DNA of 61,743 bases from a virus (Duplodnaviria; Caudoviricetes), in IMG/VR virus record IMGVR_UViG_3300032893_000044, positions 1 through 61,743 of that record; one strand, written 5' to 3'. Position 1 is the first letter of the stretch, and every line of letters starts with the position of its first letter. Below the pieces are notes generated by a model. The model ran no database searches. It had not been told where the DNA came from and worked only from the letters and a program-made list of their open reading frames with translations. Below, piece after piece: positions 1-10,202 of the stretch. The position numbers and the translations under genes were made by a program.

Positions 1-27
1 ACAGTCTGATTGTGGATTATCCCAACG
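1..27. repeat. Terminal direct repeat / assembly overlap, left copy
   Basis: ACAGTCTGATTGTGGATTATCCCAACG vs 61717-61743 ACAGTCAGAGTGTGGATTATCCCAACG, 2 mismatches. Confidence 0.85.
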
Positions 28-188
28 ACAACATTCCGATTCTGACTCATGAAGCAGATTGGCAAACCTGGGGTGGTTTTGTCATTGAAACCAACAGTTT
101 TGCTCAAAACAACGCGCCAAGGCCTGCCAATTACCCTGATTGGCAAAGTTGGGCTAAGGCGATTTTTTCAACGATGAACAACACGTGA
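1..188 (+). CDS. 3' part of small Trp-rich gene downstream of the nozzle, spanning the circular junction (starts at 61677)
   Basis: Joining the ends through the 27-nt overlap gives one ORF: MVLPINISLKDWAHSLIVDYPNDNIPILTHEADWQTWG...WQSWAKAIFSTMNNT*. Confidence 0.75.
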   Translation, partial: SLIVDYPNDNIPILTHEADWQTWGGFVIETNSFAQNNAPRPANYPDWQSWAKAIFSTMNNT

Positions 189-198
189 GGAACACGAA

Positions 199-795
199 AT
201 GGCAGCATCATTACTCGAATTTTTAGCCCCCATGGCCGGTCAATTGATTGGCGGGATGTTTGGGGGAGGAGGCGGACATCAAGGCTATGCCCAAGGCGGA
301 TACGCTGAAGGCGGCATGACTCCTCAAGACATGTATCAACAATTACATGCGCAAGTGCATCCCCTGCAAAGCGGCTATGCCCAAGGCGGATACGCCCAAG
401 GCGGAATGCCTCATTACGGCTTTGGCGGATTTTTAGGCGGCCTAGGCAACATGGCTAAAGGCATGTTAGGAAACGCTGTGCAAAAATTTGGCCCGCAAAT
501 TGGTCAAGCTGCCATGAACTTTGGCCAAAACGCACTACAAACCGCAGGAAGCAACTTAGCCAATAAAGTAGGCAGCGCTATCGGGAACCGCTTTGGCGAC
601 CAAGCCGGACAAATGGCACACGGATTGATTGGACAAGGCACTCAAATGGGTCAAAACGCTCTGCAAGGGGCCGCAGGAAACATGATGGGCCGATTCTTCC
701 CGCAGCAAGCCGGACCTCAAATGGCCGCAACCGGCGGATACATGCAGCAAATGCCCAGAGCTTCTTTGCGTGACTATTCGGAGATGATGCGATAA
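199..795 (+). CDS. Gly/Gln/Met-rich putative internal virion protein
   Basis: RBS GAGGA upstream; repeated YAQGG/YAEGG motifs; lies after nozzle gene. Confidence 0.6.
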   Translation: MAASLLEFLAPMAGQLIGGMFGGGGGHQGYAQGGYAEGGMTPQDMYQQLHAQVHPLQSGYAQGGYAQGGMPHYGFGGFLGGLGNMAKGMLGNAVQKFGPQIGQAAMNFGQNALQTAGSNLANKVGSAIGNRFGDQAGQMAHGLIGQGTQMGQNALQGAAGNMMGRFFPQQAGPQMAATGGYMQQMPRASLRDYSEMMR

Positions 796-805
796 GGGGA
801 ATATC

Positions 806-1909
806 ATGGGTTTCTTAAAAAAGCTGGAAAAGAAAGTCCGCAAACCCTTTAAAACGCTAGCGCCTCTCGTTGGAACCGCCGTTGGCAGTTACTTCGGCGG
901 TCCTCTAGGCGCGACGATTGGGGGCGGGATTGGCAATGCTCTGACCTCTCGCAAACATCCACTAGATCACCTCCTCGGCGGCGCTGCCCTGGGCGCTGGC
1001 TATGGCGCACTCATGCCGCAAGTAGGGAATGCCTTTGGTGTCAATGAAGCGAGCACTTTAGGGAAAATTTTTAGCATGGGAAAGCCCGGTCTTGGCGAAC
1101 AATTGGGACTAGGGCCTGCCTTGTCGAAAAGGATTGGTAACGGCAAAGCCACTCCCGTTGCTGAAGCGGCTGAACAAGCAGCTCAACAAACGCCCGGTCT
1201 TTTTAATAGCGACTTAATGCAGACTCTTTTATTAACAACCGCTGTGGGGGGAGCCTTAGGCGATAGACCAAAGTACACCGGTCCCACCATGGATGAGCAA
1301 ATTGCCGCTTTTCAAAAACATCGCGGCAAACGTCCGATTCTAACGGAAGCTAAACCGAAACGTCGCCGCTACCGGCCAAGACCTCATGTCTATACCCCTG
1401 AATCTACCTATGAGCATGACTACTTTGAGGAAGAACCTGAACAAGGCTACGCCCAAGGCGGCATGGTCAAAACCGGTTATATCGCAGGGGGCTCAGGCGG
1501 TCAGACCGATAATCGGCATGTCAAAATTCCCGAAGGCGCTTATGTCATGGATGCAACCACCACTTCCTTAATGGGCGATGGTAATACTGAAAACGGCATT
1601 CGTAAAATAACGGAATTAGAGCAGCATTTCTTAAACCGTGCACCGAAGAAAAACCACTTAAATTCTATGGTGATTCGAGAAAACGCTTCTTATGAGCCGC
1701 GCTATATTGATGCTATGGTGAGCGATGGCGAATACATTATTCCCCCGCAAGTGGTAGCAGCTGCCGGCAAAGGCGATGCAAATAAAGGCGCAAAAGAGAT
1801 TGATAAATTCAGGAAGAATTTACGCAAACAAAAAGGCGTTAAACCCTTCTTACCGCCTAAAACTAAGTCATTACATTACTATCTAGGAGGACGTGCTTAT
1901 GGCCGCTAA
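806..1909 (+). CDS. Putative internal virion (ejection) protein
   Basis: N-terminal glycine zipper; C-terminal GGSGGQTD..GAYVMDA and AMVSDGEYIIP motifs seen in virion proteins of uncultured podoviruses. Confidence 0.6.
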   Translation: MGFLKKLEKKVRKPFKTLAPLVGTAVGSYFGGPLGATIGGGIGNALTSRKHPLDHLLGGAALGAGYGALMPQVGNAFGVNEASTLGKIFSMGKPGLGEQLGLGPALSKRIGNGKATPVAEAAEQAAQQTPGLFNSDLMQTLLLTTAVGGALGDRPKYTGPTMDEQIAAFQKHRGKRPILTEAKPKRRRYRPRPHVYTPESTYEHDYFEEEPEQGYAQGGMVKTGYIAGGSGGQTDNRHVKIPEGAYVMDATTTSLMGDGNTENGIRKITELEQHFLNRAPKKNHLNSMVIRENASYEPRYIDAMVSDGEYIIPPQVVAAAGKGDANKGAKEIDKFRKNLRKQKGVKPFLPPKTKSLHYYLGGRAYGR

Positions 1910-2750
1910 TCCCCAAGCCGTGTTTCAAGAACAAGGCGTTCCACCGGATTTACAAGAATATTTTAACCGGATTTATCACCGCGCAGAAGAATTGGCTAAT
2001 ACTCAGCAGCCTAAATATCAAGGTCAACGCGTTGCCTCTACGCCAGACCAAGTCAGACGTGCCAATGAATTAGCGAATCGTACGGGTCAAGCAATGCCTT
2101 TTTATCAAGAGGCCGCAGACATTGCGAGACGCTCGCAGCAGCCTTTTTATCAAGGCTACCAGCAATATATGAATCCTTATATGCAATCGGTCGTTAACCG
2201 CATTGCAGAAGAAGGAAATCGTAATTTGACGGAACGGGTACTGCCGGCGTTACAAGACCAGTTTGTTGCCGCAGGGCAGCAAGGTTCGTCTCGTCATCGC
2301 AAGTTTGCCACAAAAGCGGCGCGTGATATTCAAGGTGAAATTTCTAATCGCCAATCCCAAGCCTTATCCTCTGGCTTTCAACAAGCAGGACAGCTTTTTA
2401 GTGCAGATATGGCGAGACAATTAGAAGCTGCTAAACAATTAGCGCAAAGCGGCGCATTAGCTCAAGGCAGCAATATCGCCGATATCGCCTCCTTAATGGA
2501 CCAAGGACGTTACGCACAACAGCAGCAGCAAGCCGTACAAGATGTCTTATACGAAGATTATGTCCGTCAACGAGAAAATCCCTGGGTCCAATTAGGTAAT
2601 CAAGCGGCAATTGCCAAAGGTATTCCTAACCCTATCCAGCAAACGCAGTTTTCAACGGTGCCGCAAAGTGCGCAAACAAGCGTCTTGGGCAGTGTTGGTA
2701 ACTTAGCCGCTTCTATTTTAGGCGCAAGCTTGATGGGAGGGAGGCGCTAA
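1899..2750 (+). CDS. Putative DNA ejection/internal virion protein
   Basis: Q/A-rich helical protein, YMNPY motif, AGGAGG RBS 8 nt before ATG. Confidence 0.6.
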   Translation: MAANPQAVFQEQGVPPDLQEYFNRIYHRAEELANTQQPKYQGQRVASTPDQVRRANELANRTGQAMPFYQEAADIARRSQQPFYQGYQQYMNPYMQSVVNRIAEEGNRNLTERVLPALQDQFVAAGQQGSSRHRKFATKAARDIQGEISNRQSQALSSGFQQAGQLFSADMARQLEAAKQLAQSGALAQGSNIADIASLMDQGRYAQQQQQAVQDVLYEDYVRQRENPWVQLGNQAAIAKGIPNPIQQTQFSTVPQSAQTSVLGSVGNLAASILGASLMGGRR

Positions 2751-2756
2751 CCCTTC

Positions 2757-3503
2757 ATGAAAAAAAATCAACAGCTAGCAGATTGGAAAAAAGCAGAGTC
2801 TTTGGGTCAAGAGATGGAACGCTATTATGTTGCTTTAAGGCACCAGGAAGAAGAAGACCAAGAGACCAAAAGACAATTAGGCTTCATCAAACAAAAAGGA
2901 CAGCGTGCGCTTGCAAAAAGAGAAGCCTCTCATAAAGGCAAAGCCAAAGAAGTACCCGAAGCAAAGCCTTATACGCCGCCTCCAAGAGGCCCGTTACCAG
3001 AGCCCGTCCCTTATGGGTTTAAGTTAAAGGTACCGGTTGGCACTAATTTTACGAATGAACCTGAGTATACAGTAACAAACCCCAAAGCGGTTCCTATGCC
3101 GGCAGGGACACCTTATCTAAGACCGGGCGCAACGCCGGCGGAAGTCGCTAAATATACTGATGAATTTGCGCGTTATCATCAAGCGCCGCTGCCAGAGCCG
3201 GTTGTTCAAAAGCCAGAGAGACACGCAGCCCCTCAAAAAGGAAAACAGCGAGAAAGCGATTTGATGGCGTTAGCAAAATTTTATGCGCCTCCGCAATTTG
3301 TGCAATTTTTAATGAATCGCCCGAGCGGTTCGCATATGCCTTACTTAAATCCCTATAGCATGAATGTGATGCGAGAACAACAAGCCTTTGGTTTGCCAGA
3401 ACAAGTGGAGGTAGAGCCAGAACCCACTATTTATGAAAAAATCATGAAATATTTTAGCCCAGATTTTTTTAATCCTCAACAGTATTATGAGGGAGAGATT
3501 TAA
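2757..3503 (+). CDS. Hypothetical protein in ejection module, Pro-rich
   Basis: 248 aa ORF co-oriented in operon. Confidence 0.55.
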   Translation: MKKNQQLADWKKAESLGQEMERYYVALRHQEEEDQETKRQLGFIKQKGQRALAKREASHKGKAKEVPEAKPYTPPPRGPLPEPVPYGFKLKVPVGTNFTNEPEYTVTNPKAVPMPAGTPYLRPGATPAEVAKYTDEFARYHQAPLPEPVVQKPERHAAPQKGKQRESDLMALAKFYAPPQFVQFLMNRPSGSHMPYLNPYSMNVMREQQAFGLPEQVEVEPEPTIYEKIMKYFSPDFFNPQQYYEGEI

Positions 3504-4835
3504 ATGTTTGACTTTACCCGCTTCATGACCCCTGCGATGCAAAAAATGTTTTATACCCAAATGATGGCCAATCAAGGTCAAGGGAATGAAGCGCAACAAA
3601 CGCCTCAATTGCAGCCTTTAACGCCTCCCACAAACACCCTATCTCTAAATCCCACCGGCAAAGGGGCTGCTGCTGCTATTGAAGCCGCTAGAACTTCAAT
3701 GGCTTTATCACCGGGTCAGCAAAAAAAGGCATTAGGACGAGGATTAGTGCAATTTGCAGCCAGCAGGCCTACGCCTCAACCCGGTACGGGTTTTAGAGGT
3801 GCGCTGGCCTCTATCGCAGAAGCGATGCCGCATGCAGTCAATGCTTATCAAAATGAAATGGATAGGCAAGAACTCCTGAATCTAGAATTAATGAAGATGG
3901 AACAGCAGCAAGAAAAAGGTCAAATGGAAAAGCTTTTTGCCTTAATGCAGCGCCAAGACCAAATGGAAGAAACCAAGCGTCATCACCAGATGATGGAAAA
4001 ACTAACCGAAGGACGGCAAACAGAAATGAACCGTCATCATTTAGCCACGGAAGAATATCAAGGCTATAATGTGGCGCAAAGAAAGAAATATGAAGAATTA
4101 GAAAAGAAATTACCGCCCGGCGTGGAATATTTAGACAAGTATCCTTTGAATAGCAATACCCGTATGTTTTGGGAAAAGACCATTAAAAAACAGATTGAAG
4201 AAGGTGACGAAGCAAATCGCGCTTTAACCTATTGGGATGAGCTAGATAAAATCTTTCAACGCAATCCGGGCTTTCACAAAAGTATGAATTATATTCTCCT
4301 GCACGGGCAAGATGGCGAAGACCCCAGTTATTGGCAGCAAAAAGCCATTGAACTCAACGTCCCCGAAAAACAATGGGCAGACTTCGTCGCGGCGGGTAAA
4401 ATCTCTGCGCGATTATGGGCTTCAGAAGCTAGAAGTATCCCCGCTAAGGGCTTGTCAGTTTATGGGGAAAAGCAATTGTCAGCTGGTAACCCTAAACTGG
4501 GTATTCCTTATGCAGCGTTTAAAAAACTCCGCAAGCTCTCGCAAAAAGAACTCATGCATAAAGAAGATACCGGACTTAAAACCAGTCAATATGCGCAACA
4601 AGGCATGATTTATCGAGAACCTGCGATGGCGCAAAAATACCCTTCGCATATTTTAGAAAAAGCGATTGAGGAGGATGCCGCTCAACAAAAAGCGCAAGCG
4701 GTGGCCGCACAACAAATGCAAGTCAAGCAACAAGATGATGCAGCGTTACAAAAGGCGATCGCAGAAGGTCAAGCACGCGGCATTCCCCCCGAGCTCATCT
4801 TACAAGCCAAGGAGGCCTTAGATAATGGCTTATAA
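3504..4835 (+). CDS. Putative internal virion protein
   Basis: 443 aa helical protein with E(T/M)xRHH repeats; operon position. Confidence 0.55.
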   Translation: MFDFTRFMTPAMQKMFYTQMMANQGQGNEAQQTPQLQPLTPPTNTLSLNPTGKGAAAAIEAARTSMALSPGQQKKALGRGLVQFAASRPTPQPGTGFRGALASIAEAMPHAVNAYQNEMDRQELLNLELMKMEQQQEKGQMEKLFALMQRQDQMEETKRHHQMMEKLTEGRQTEMNRHHLATEEYQGYNVAQRKKYEELEKKLPPGVEYLDKYPLNSNTRMFWEKTIKKQIEEGDEANRALTYWDELDKIFQRNPGFHKSMNYILLHGQDGEDPSYWQQKAIELNVPEKQWADFVAAGKISARLWASEARSIPAKGLSVYGEKQLSAGNPKLGIPYAAFKKLRKLSQKELMHKEDTGLKTSQYAQQGMIYREPAMAQKYPSHILEKAIEEDAAQQKAQAVAAQQMQVKQQDDAALQKAIAEGQARGIPPELILQAKEALDNGL

Positions 4836-7437
4836 TCCTGCTGATTTAGAAGCTGCTAAAGCGTTATTACGCGCTGCCGGTTATCAGGGAGCAGCGGCTC
4901 AACAACCCCTAGAACAAGCCAAAGCCTTATTGTTAGAGCAAGGTTATCAACCGCTGGCCTCGAATGCATCAGCTTTAGCGCCCGAAGAACCTGAAGAAGA
5001 ACTGAATGAGCTGAATGAACCCAGTACCGTGCGTTTTTGGCTAGAGCAAGCGGCTAAAGCGGGTTTAAATGCGGCGGATTTTGCCGCTATGATTGGGCGC
5101 GGCATGATGGGCGGAGAAGCCGGACAATTCCTTCGCCGTAATCCAGCCGAAGCCCAAAGAGAAGCCCCGATGGAGCATACGGAAGATATTTTGAAAAAAA
5201 ATATCGGACTTGATGTTAACACGCAACCGGCTGATACGCCGTTAAAGCGTATGGGCGCAGGCGCAATTCAAGCAGGCGTTAGTACCTTATTGTTCCCCGG
5301 AGGAGGCCTCTGGAATATGATGAAAAATGCTGCTATTAGCAGTGGTTTTGGGGCAACTAGCGCAGGCCTGCAAGAAATGGGCGTTCCTGGTCCTGTTGCA
5401 GATTTGGGGCTTTTAGCGGGAACTTACTATGGCGCTAAGAAATTACCCAAAATTCAAGAAAAGATTCATAAAGGTAAAACAGCTGCTTCTAATTATTTGA
5501 GTTCCAACTTTGGCTCTCCTAAAACAGCCGCTGCTAGAACGCTGCAAGATTTTGTGCCTGCCGCAGAACGAGAAGCGGTCACAGAACGATTAATGCCTGG
5601 GGGAAAAAAGGTAGCGCCTTATGCTCAGTCAGGTTATCAGCCAACAAGTGCAGAATTGGCAGATAATCCGGGATTAGCCGCTTTACATCGCAACTTTTAT
5701 GAGCAGCCTCAATCGCAATTAGCGACCCATGTCGGTAGAGAAAGCGACAAATTAAGACATGCTCTTGAAAACGCTTCTAGCGGAGATGTTGCGGCAACTC
5801 AGCAGCATATCGCAGACCGATTAAATCAATTAGAGGGCAATGTTGCACAACGCGTCCGAGAAATTGGTCCCGGGGGCGGCTCTGCGCAAGATGCGGGAGA
5901 AGCCATTCAAAATGCGTTGTTAAATGCGGTAGAAACAAGGCAGCAAGCTAAAAGACAGCATATCGAACCCTTTCGGCAGGCTATGTTAAATAGTGAGGCC
6001 GCTGTTCAGCTGCCAACTGCTAATCGAATCATGAGAGAAGAATTACGAAAAGCAAAGGGCGATACGGAAAAAATTTTAAATGAAGCTTCAGAATTGTTTC
6101 AGCCGAATGCTGCGAACACGCCTGCCTCCTCAATCCTTGACCCGGTGACTAATCGTCCTTTTCAGGATAGGATGCCGGCTCGTTTAGATGCTGAAGAAAC
6201 CCAAAATGCGTTAGCAAAGCTTAATGACTTAATCGCCAAGTCTCGTGTAGACGGCAAAAGAACAACGTCAACAACGGCATTATTAAGGTATAAAAGAGCG
6301 ATTCAAAACGATTTAAGAGAAAGCGTGCCAGAAGTTTTGCGTTTCAGGCAAGAGTATACGCGCGCTATGGAGCCCGTCTCTGCGATTCGTGACCAGCCTG
6401 GCTTAAAAGAAATTATCAAAACAGATCGCTACAATCGAGAACAAATGACGCATGGCCGTGTCTTTCAACGTTTTGAAGGACGTTCTAGAGGCGCTGTCGA
6501 TGATGCGCGAGCGTTGATGCGAGAAGTGGGCCATGATGCGGGGATGCGCCAGTCAATTGAACAGGCGGTTAATCAACAGGCGATGGAAGCTATTGTTGAC
6601 CAGCACGGGCGTGTTAGCGAACGCTTGTTGAATAACTTTAGACAAAACAATCCGGGACTAGCTGTCTTACATCCTCAACTGTTTGGTCATCGTTTAAACA
6701 ATGTACATAACGCGCAAGTGGCCGTGAATCGCTATTATCGCGATTTAGATAGCTTGCAACAAACCTTAATGCGTAATGAATTAGGTCAATATATGCCAGG
6801 TTCTACGCAAAATTTAGGCGCTAAGATTTATCGAGCAGGCCAATCGGAGCGCACCGTAAACAATTTGATGAATGCCACAGCAGGAAATCCGCTAGCGCAA
6901 GAAGGGCTAAGACGAGAAACGATTGACCATTTTATGAGAACTATTTCCAATAATTCTCGTCAAGGCAGCGGCTATACCTTATCTTTTGCTAAAACCAATC
7001 GCTTTATGCAGCAGCATGAACGCGCTTTAGAAAGAGTTTTAACGCCAGAGCAAATGGCGCTTTTGCGGGAAAATCAAGCGATTTTAGCAGGGCAAAATAT
7101 TGCAGAAACTCAAGCAAAAAGCTTTGGTTCACCAACAGCTGCTCGCGACATTATTGAAAAAAATATTGGCAAGGGCATTGATGCCGGTGATTCCAGCTGG
7201 GCTAAATTTTACAATTACTTTGCAACCAAGCGGCGAGAAAACGCTCGAGAACTTTTATATCGCGCTTTGATTGACCCAGAAATTGCGCATGAACTTTTAA
7301 CCATGAAGGTCAAAAGCCAAGCGGCTTTCAATGCCAAGGCGCTTGATTTGAGCAAAGTGCCTTTAAAAACCCTGGCTAGAAATGTGGCGATGCGGCATAC
7401 AGAGCCAGAAGATGAAGACGAGGAGAAATCAAAATGA
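4825..7437 (+). CDS. Large internal virion/ejection protein
   Basis: 870 aa alpha-helical, A/Q/R-rich, hydrophobic glycine-rich stretch; ALIDPEIAHELL near C-terminus. Confidence 0.6.
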   Translation: MAYNPADLEAAKALLRAAGYQGAAAQQPLEQAKALLLEQGYQPLASNASALAPEEPEEELNELNEPSTVRFWLEQAAKAGLNAADFAAMIGRGMMGGEAGQFLRRNPAEAQREAPMEHTEDILKKNIGLDVNTQPADTPLKRMGAGAIQAGVSTLLFPGGGLWNMMKNAAISSGFGATSAGLQEMGVPGPVADLGLLAGTYYGAKKLPKIQEKIHKGKTAASNYLSSNFGSPKTAAARTLQDFVPAAEREAVTERLMPGGKKVAPYAQSGYQPTSAELADNPGLAALHRNFYEQPQSQLATHVGRESDKLRHALENASSGDVAATQQHIADRLNQLEGNVAQRVREIGPGGGSAQDAGEAIQNALLNAVETRQQAKRQHIEPFRQAMLNSEAAVQLPTANRIMREELRKAKGDTEKILNEASELFQPNAANTPASSILDPVTNRPFQDRMPARLDAEETQNALAKLNDLIAKSRVDGKRTTSTTALLRYKRAIQNDLRESVPEVLRFRQEYTRAMEPVSAIRDQPGLKEIIKTDRYNREQMTHGRVFQRFEGRSRGAVDDARALMREVGHDAGMRQSIEQAVNQQAMEAIVDQHGRVSERLLNNFRQNNPGLAVLHPQLFGHRLNNVHNAQVAVNRYYRDLDSLQQTLMRNELGQYMPGSTQNLGAKIYRAGQSERTVNNLMNATAGNPLAQEGLRRETIDHFMRTISNNSRQGSGYTLSFAKTNRFMQQHERALERVLTPEQMALLRENQAILAGQNIAETQAKSFGSPTAARDIIEKNIGKGIDAGDSSWAKFYNYFATKRRENARELLYRALIDPEIAHELLTMKVKSQAAFNAKALDLSKVPLKTLARNVAMRHTEPEDEDEEKSK

Positions 7438-9137
7438 GTTTTCAATTAGTCGGCGGGGGTCAGGTTGTTTATCCTGCTTATGTCAGTTATTTATCCTTAG
7501 AGTTTTCTACCGGGAATACCAATTTAAGTTGGCCTACAGAATATCAAAATCTAAACCCTGTAGTAGCGGCCTGGAATCGGGTTAAAGCGGATGCAGACAA
7601 TCTCACTTTAACATTGCCAGATGCGCGTAAAACCAGCGTGGGACAATCTTTTATCATTGATAACTATGGGACGCATGCTTTTAATTTACTCACCAATGAC
7701 GGGGTTGTGTTAGATGCTATTGCGGCTCCTAGCGTGCAATATTTTGTGTTAAGTGACAATTCGACACAAGCGGGCACCTGGATTACCACTGGCTGGGGCG
7801 GGGGTTATGCGGCGGTGACATCGGTGGCGGCTGCGCCAGCTGCCGGGGTGGCTACGAATAACTTAGATATTTCGGGCAGTCCTATTACGGTAAGCGGTAC
7901 CTTTGTCTTTGATTTAAAAGCTGACTTATTGGCTTTGACCTCATTTGATGCGGGGACAGCCACGGGGATCGCGGTTAGAACGGCGGGCACTCCGACTTAT
8001 AGCTGGTCTTTACGGACTTTAGTGGGGACCGCACAGCAGATTGCCATTACGAACGGGAACGGAGTTGCCGGCAATCCTACCATTGGCTTAGAGGCTAATG
8101 TGACCGGCATTGACAGTATGCAAATTGGCAATATTCAGATTGAAGATAATGCCATTGAGGCGTTTGCTGGCAATGAAATTTTATTAGGCGCAGGGATTGG
8201 GGCTGATGAAATCAAAATCTTATCCAACGAGGTACAGATTTTAAACGGGACTGTTTTAGAGCTGATGGCGGCCGATGATACGCATTATGTAGGTTTTGAT
8301 GCGGGCACTATGGCATCTTCTTATACCTTGACGCTGCCAACGACTGCGCCGACCGCAGGCCAAGTCATGACAGCAGGCTCTATCACGCCTACTGCGTTAA
8401 TTTGGAGCAATGCGGCGAGTTTTTCAGGGAGTTCAACGGCCAATACCCTGCCTTATTTTACCAATGATACTGGCACTATTGGCGATACCGGAATTACGGT
8501 TGGGGGGGGCGGTTTAAATGAATTGTCGGGCCTTCAGTCAGTAACGGTGCAAGATTTAGCCATTGGTTCGGCAGGCAGCACGATTATTTCCAGCACCACG
8601 TCGATTCAATTTAACTCCAATGTAGGGTATGACACGATCGTCAATCGTAATCTTACCTTATTAGCGGCGGGTGAGATTCACTTAAACAAGGCCGGAAATG
8701 ATTATTATAGCGGTTTTAGCGGGAACAACTCAGCGATTGCCAACAACGTGTGGATTTTACCAGCGGCTGATGGCGCTTCAGGCAGTTTTATCACCACTAA
8801 CGGCTTTAAGCAGCTCAGCTTTAGCTCAGTGACTGTGGCCTCCTTAACCAAGGCCTGGGTAACCTTTCAAGGGTCCACAGCTACCATTTATGAGGAATCT
8901 AATGTAGGGAGCGTTGCAAGCGCGGGAACCGGTACTTATACCATCACTTTTACCACGGCATTTTCAAATACCTATTATGGCATGGCAGGTTATGCTTATG
9001 ATGCTGGCGGCACAACGCCCGGTATTGTAGTGATTACAAATATTATCAGCACTTCCCAATGCACCGTGAAAACTTATAATTTAACAGGAAGCGCGGTGAA
9101 CTTTGGCTATGTGGCATTAAGCTTTTTCGGAAACTAA
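7434..9137 (+). CDS. Tail fibre/spike protein
   Basis: G/T/S-rich beta protein; ITNGNGVAGNPTI, YTLTLPTTAPTAGQV, C-terminal KAWVTF..NVGSV..GTYTITF module. Confidence 0.75.
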   Translation: MSFQLVGGGQVVYPAYVSYLSLEFSTGNTNLSWPTEYQNLNPVVAAWNRVKADADNLTLTLPDARKTSVGQSFIIDNYGTHAFNLLTNDGVVLDAIAAPSVQYFVLSDNSTQAGTWITTGWGGGYAAVTSVAAAPAAGVATNNLDISGSPITVSGTFVFDLKADLLALTSFDAGTATGIAVRTAGTPTYSWSLRTLVGTAQQIAITNGNGVAGNPTIGLEANVTGIDSMQIGNIQIEDNAIEAFAGNEILLGAGIGADEIKILSNEVQILNGTVLELMAADDTHYVGFDAGTMASSYTLTLPTTAPTAGQVMTAGSITPTALIWSNAASFSGSSTANTLPYFTNDTGTIGDTGITVGGGGLNELSGLQSVTVQDLAIGSAGSTIISSTTSIQFNSNVGYDTIVNRNLTLLAAGEIHLNKAGNDYYSGFSGNNSAIANNVWILPAADGASGSFITTNGFKQLSFSSVTVASLTKAWVTFQGSTATIYEESNVGSVASAGTGTYTITFTTAFSNTYYGMAGYAYDAGGTTPGIVVITNIISTSQCTVKTYNLTGSAVNFGYVALSFFGN

Positions 9138-9308
9138 GATGAGCTGGTAGTATTGTTTAGCCCATTTGATGTAGCGAATATGATGATATGTTAAGAGAGA
9201 GCGAATGACTTTGCTCGGCGGCCCATCTTTTTCGACTCTACAAGTGATTCCAAATAGATTTCCTAGAACGTAATGAGTTTTAGCAAAGTTTAATGCGGTT
9301 TCGGTCAT
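9117..9308 (-). CDS. YY-motif small protein (cluster A)
   Basis: PSKVIRSLL..WAKQYYQLIL. Confidence 0.7.
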   Translation of the reverse strand: MTETALNFAKTHYVLGNLFGITCRVEKDGPPSKVIRSLLTYHHIRYIKWAKQYYQLILVSEKA

Positions 9309-9493
9309 ACTTTCCCCACTATGATTTTATAGTATTCTTTGGCCCCAATGTGGTCAAAATAATTTACTAAGAGGGCGCAAATGACTGTGCTTGGCGACGC
9401 ATTTCTTGCTATTATCAAACCGTATCCAAATACGCTTCCTACGACGTAATGAGTTTCAGAAATGTCTAATGAGGTAAATTCGGTATATGTCAT
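9305..9493 (-). CDS. YY-motif small protein (cluster A)
   Basis: PSTVICALL..AKEYYKIIVG; ATGA overlap. Confidence 0.7.
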   Translation of the reverse strand: MTYTEFTSLDISETHYVVGSVFGYGLIIARNASPSTVICALLVNYFDHIGAKEYYKIIVGKV

Positions 9494-9675
9494 TTTTCCC
9501 CCACTATGATTTGGTAATACTGTTTAGCCCAATCGATACCTTCAAAGTTATTATTTAACAAGTGATATGATAAGAATTCTTCGATAACTTCACAGGGTAA
9601 ACTTTTTTTTGGAACAAAACAACATGCGCTCGATCCCCTGAGGATGTAATAATTTTCATCAGACTTTTGTATCAT
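9490..9675 (-). CDS. YY-motif small protein (cluster A)
   Basis: PCEVIEEFL..WAKQYYQIIVG. Confidence 0.7.
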   Translation of the reverse strand: MIQKSDENYYILRGSSACCFVPKKSLPCEVIEEFLSYHLLNNNFEGIDWAKQYYQIIVGEK

Positions 9676-9856
9676 TTTTCCCCCATACAACTAAATGATA
9701 ATACTCTTTGACGAAAAAGCATCTATTAGAAAGAGTACGTAAAAAGCATGAAAGTATTTCGGCAGGATGAATATTGCTAGGAATACCATAGGGAAAAGTT
9801 TTTGAGATGATATAATGGGAATCTAGATTAGAGATAAAGCGAGGAGCTTCTGCCAT
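9659..9856 (-). CDS. YY-motif small protein (cluster A)
   Basis: PAEILSCFL..VKEYYHLVV. Confidence 0.7.
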   Translation of the reverse strand: MAEAPRFISNLDSHYIISKTFPYGIPSNIHPAEILSCFLRTLSNRCFFVKEYYHLVVWGKNDTKV

Positions 9857-10044
9857 AATTGGTCCTTTATAATATACTTGTAGTAAGCTTTAACCCATGC
9901 GAGCTCATGCCCCTTTAACATGTGTTTTAGCGTTTCAGTAGGTGTTTCACGACCACGCACGAAGACCAATCTGCCATAAGCTTTTAACGTTAGCTTAGGC
10001 GTGCCATAGTGTATATAAAACGCAGGATTTATGTTTTGCATCAT
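9823..10044 (-). CDS. YY-motif small protein (cluster A)
   Basis: PTETLKHML..WVKAYYKYII. Confidence 0.7.
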   Translation of the reverse strand: MMQNINPAFYIHYGTPKLTLKAYGRLVFVRGRETPTETLKHMLKGHELAWVKAYYKYIIKDQLWQKLLALSLI

Positions 10045-10202
10045 TTTTGCCTCATTATACGCTTGTAGTAATCTTTAACCCACATGAGCTCATTGTTAGT
10101 GTCAGTGAACATGTATTTTAGCGTTTTAGGAGGTGTGCCAGGACCATATACGAAGCATGTACCGCCATAAGCTTGTAACACAATATTTATATTTTGCATC
10201 AT
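10041..10202 (-). CDS. YY-motif small protein (cluster A)
   Basis: VYGPGTPPKTLKYMF..WVKDYYKRIMR; close paralog of 35063-35239. Confidence 0.7.
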   Translation of the reverse strand: MMQNINIVLQAYGGTCFVYGPGTPPKTLKYMFTDTNNELMWVKDYYKRIMRQK

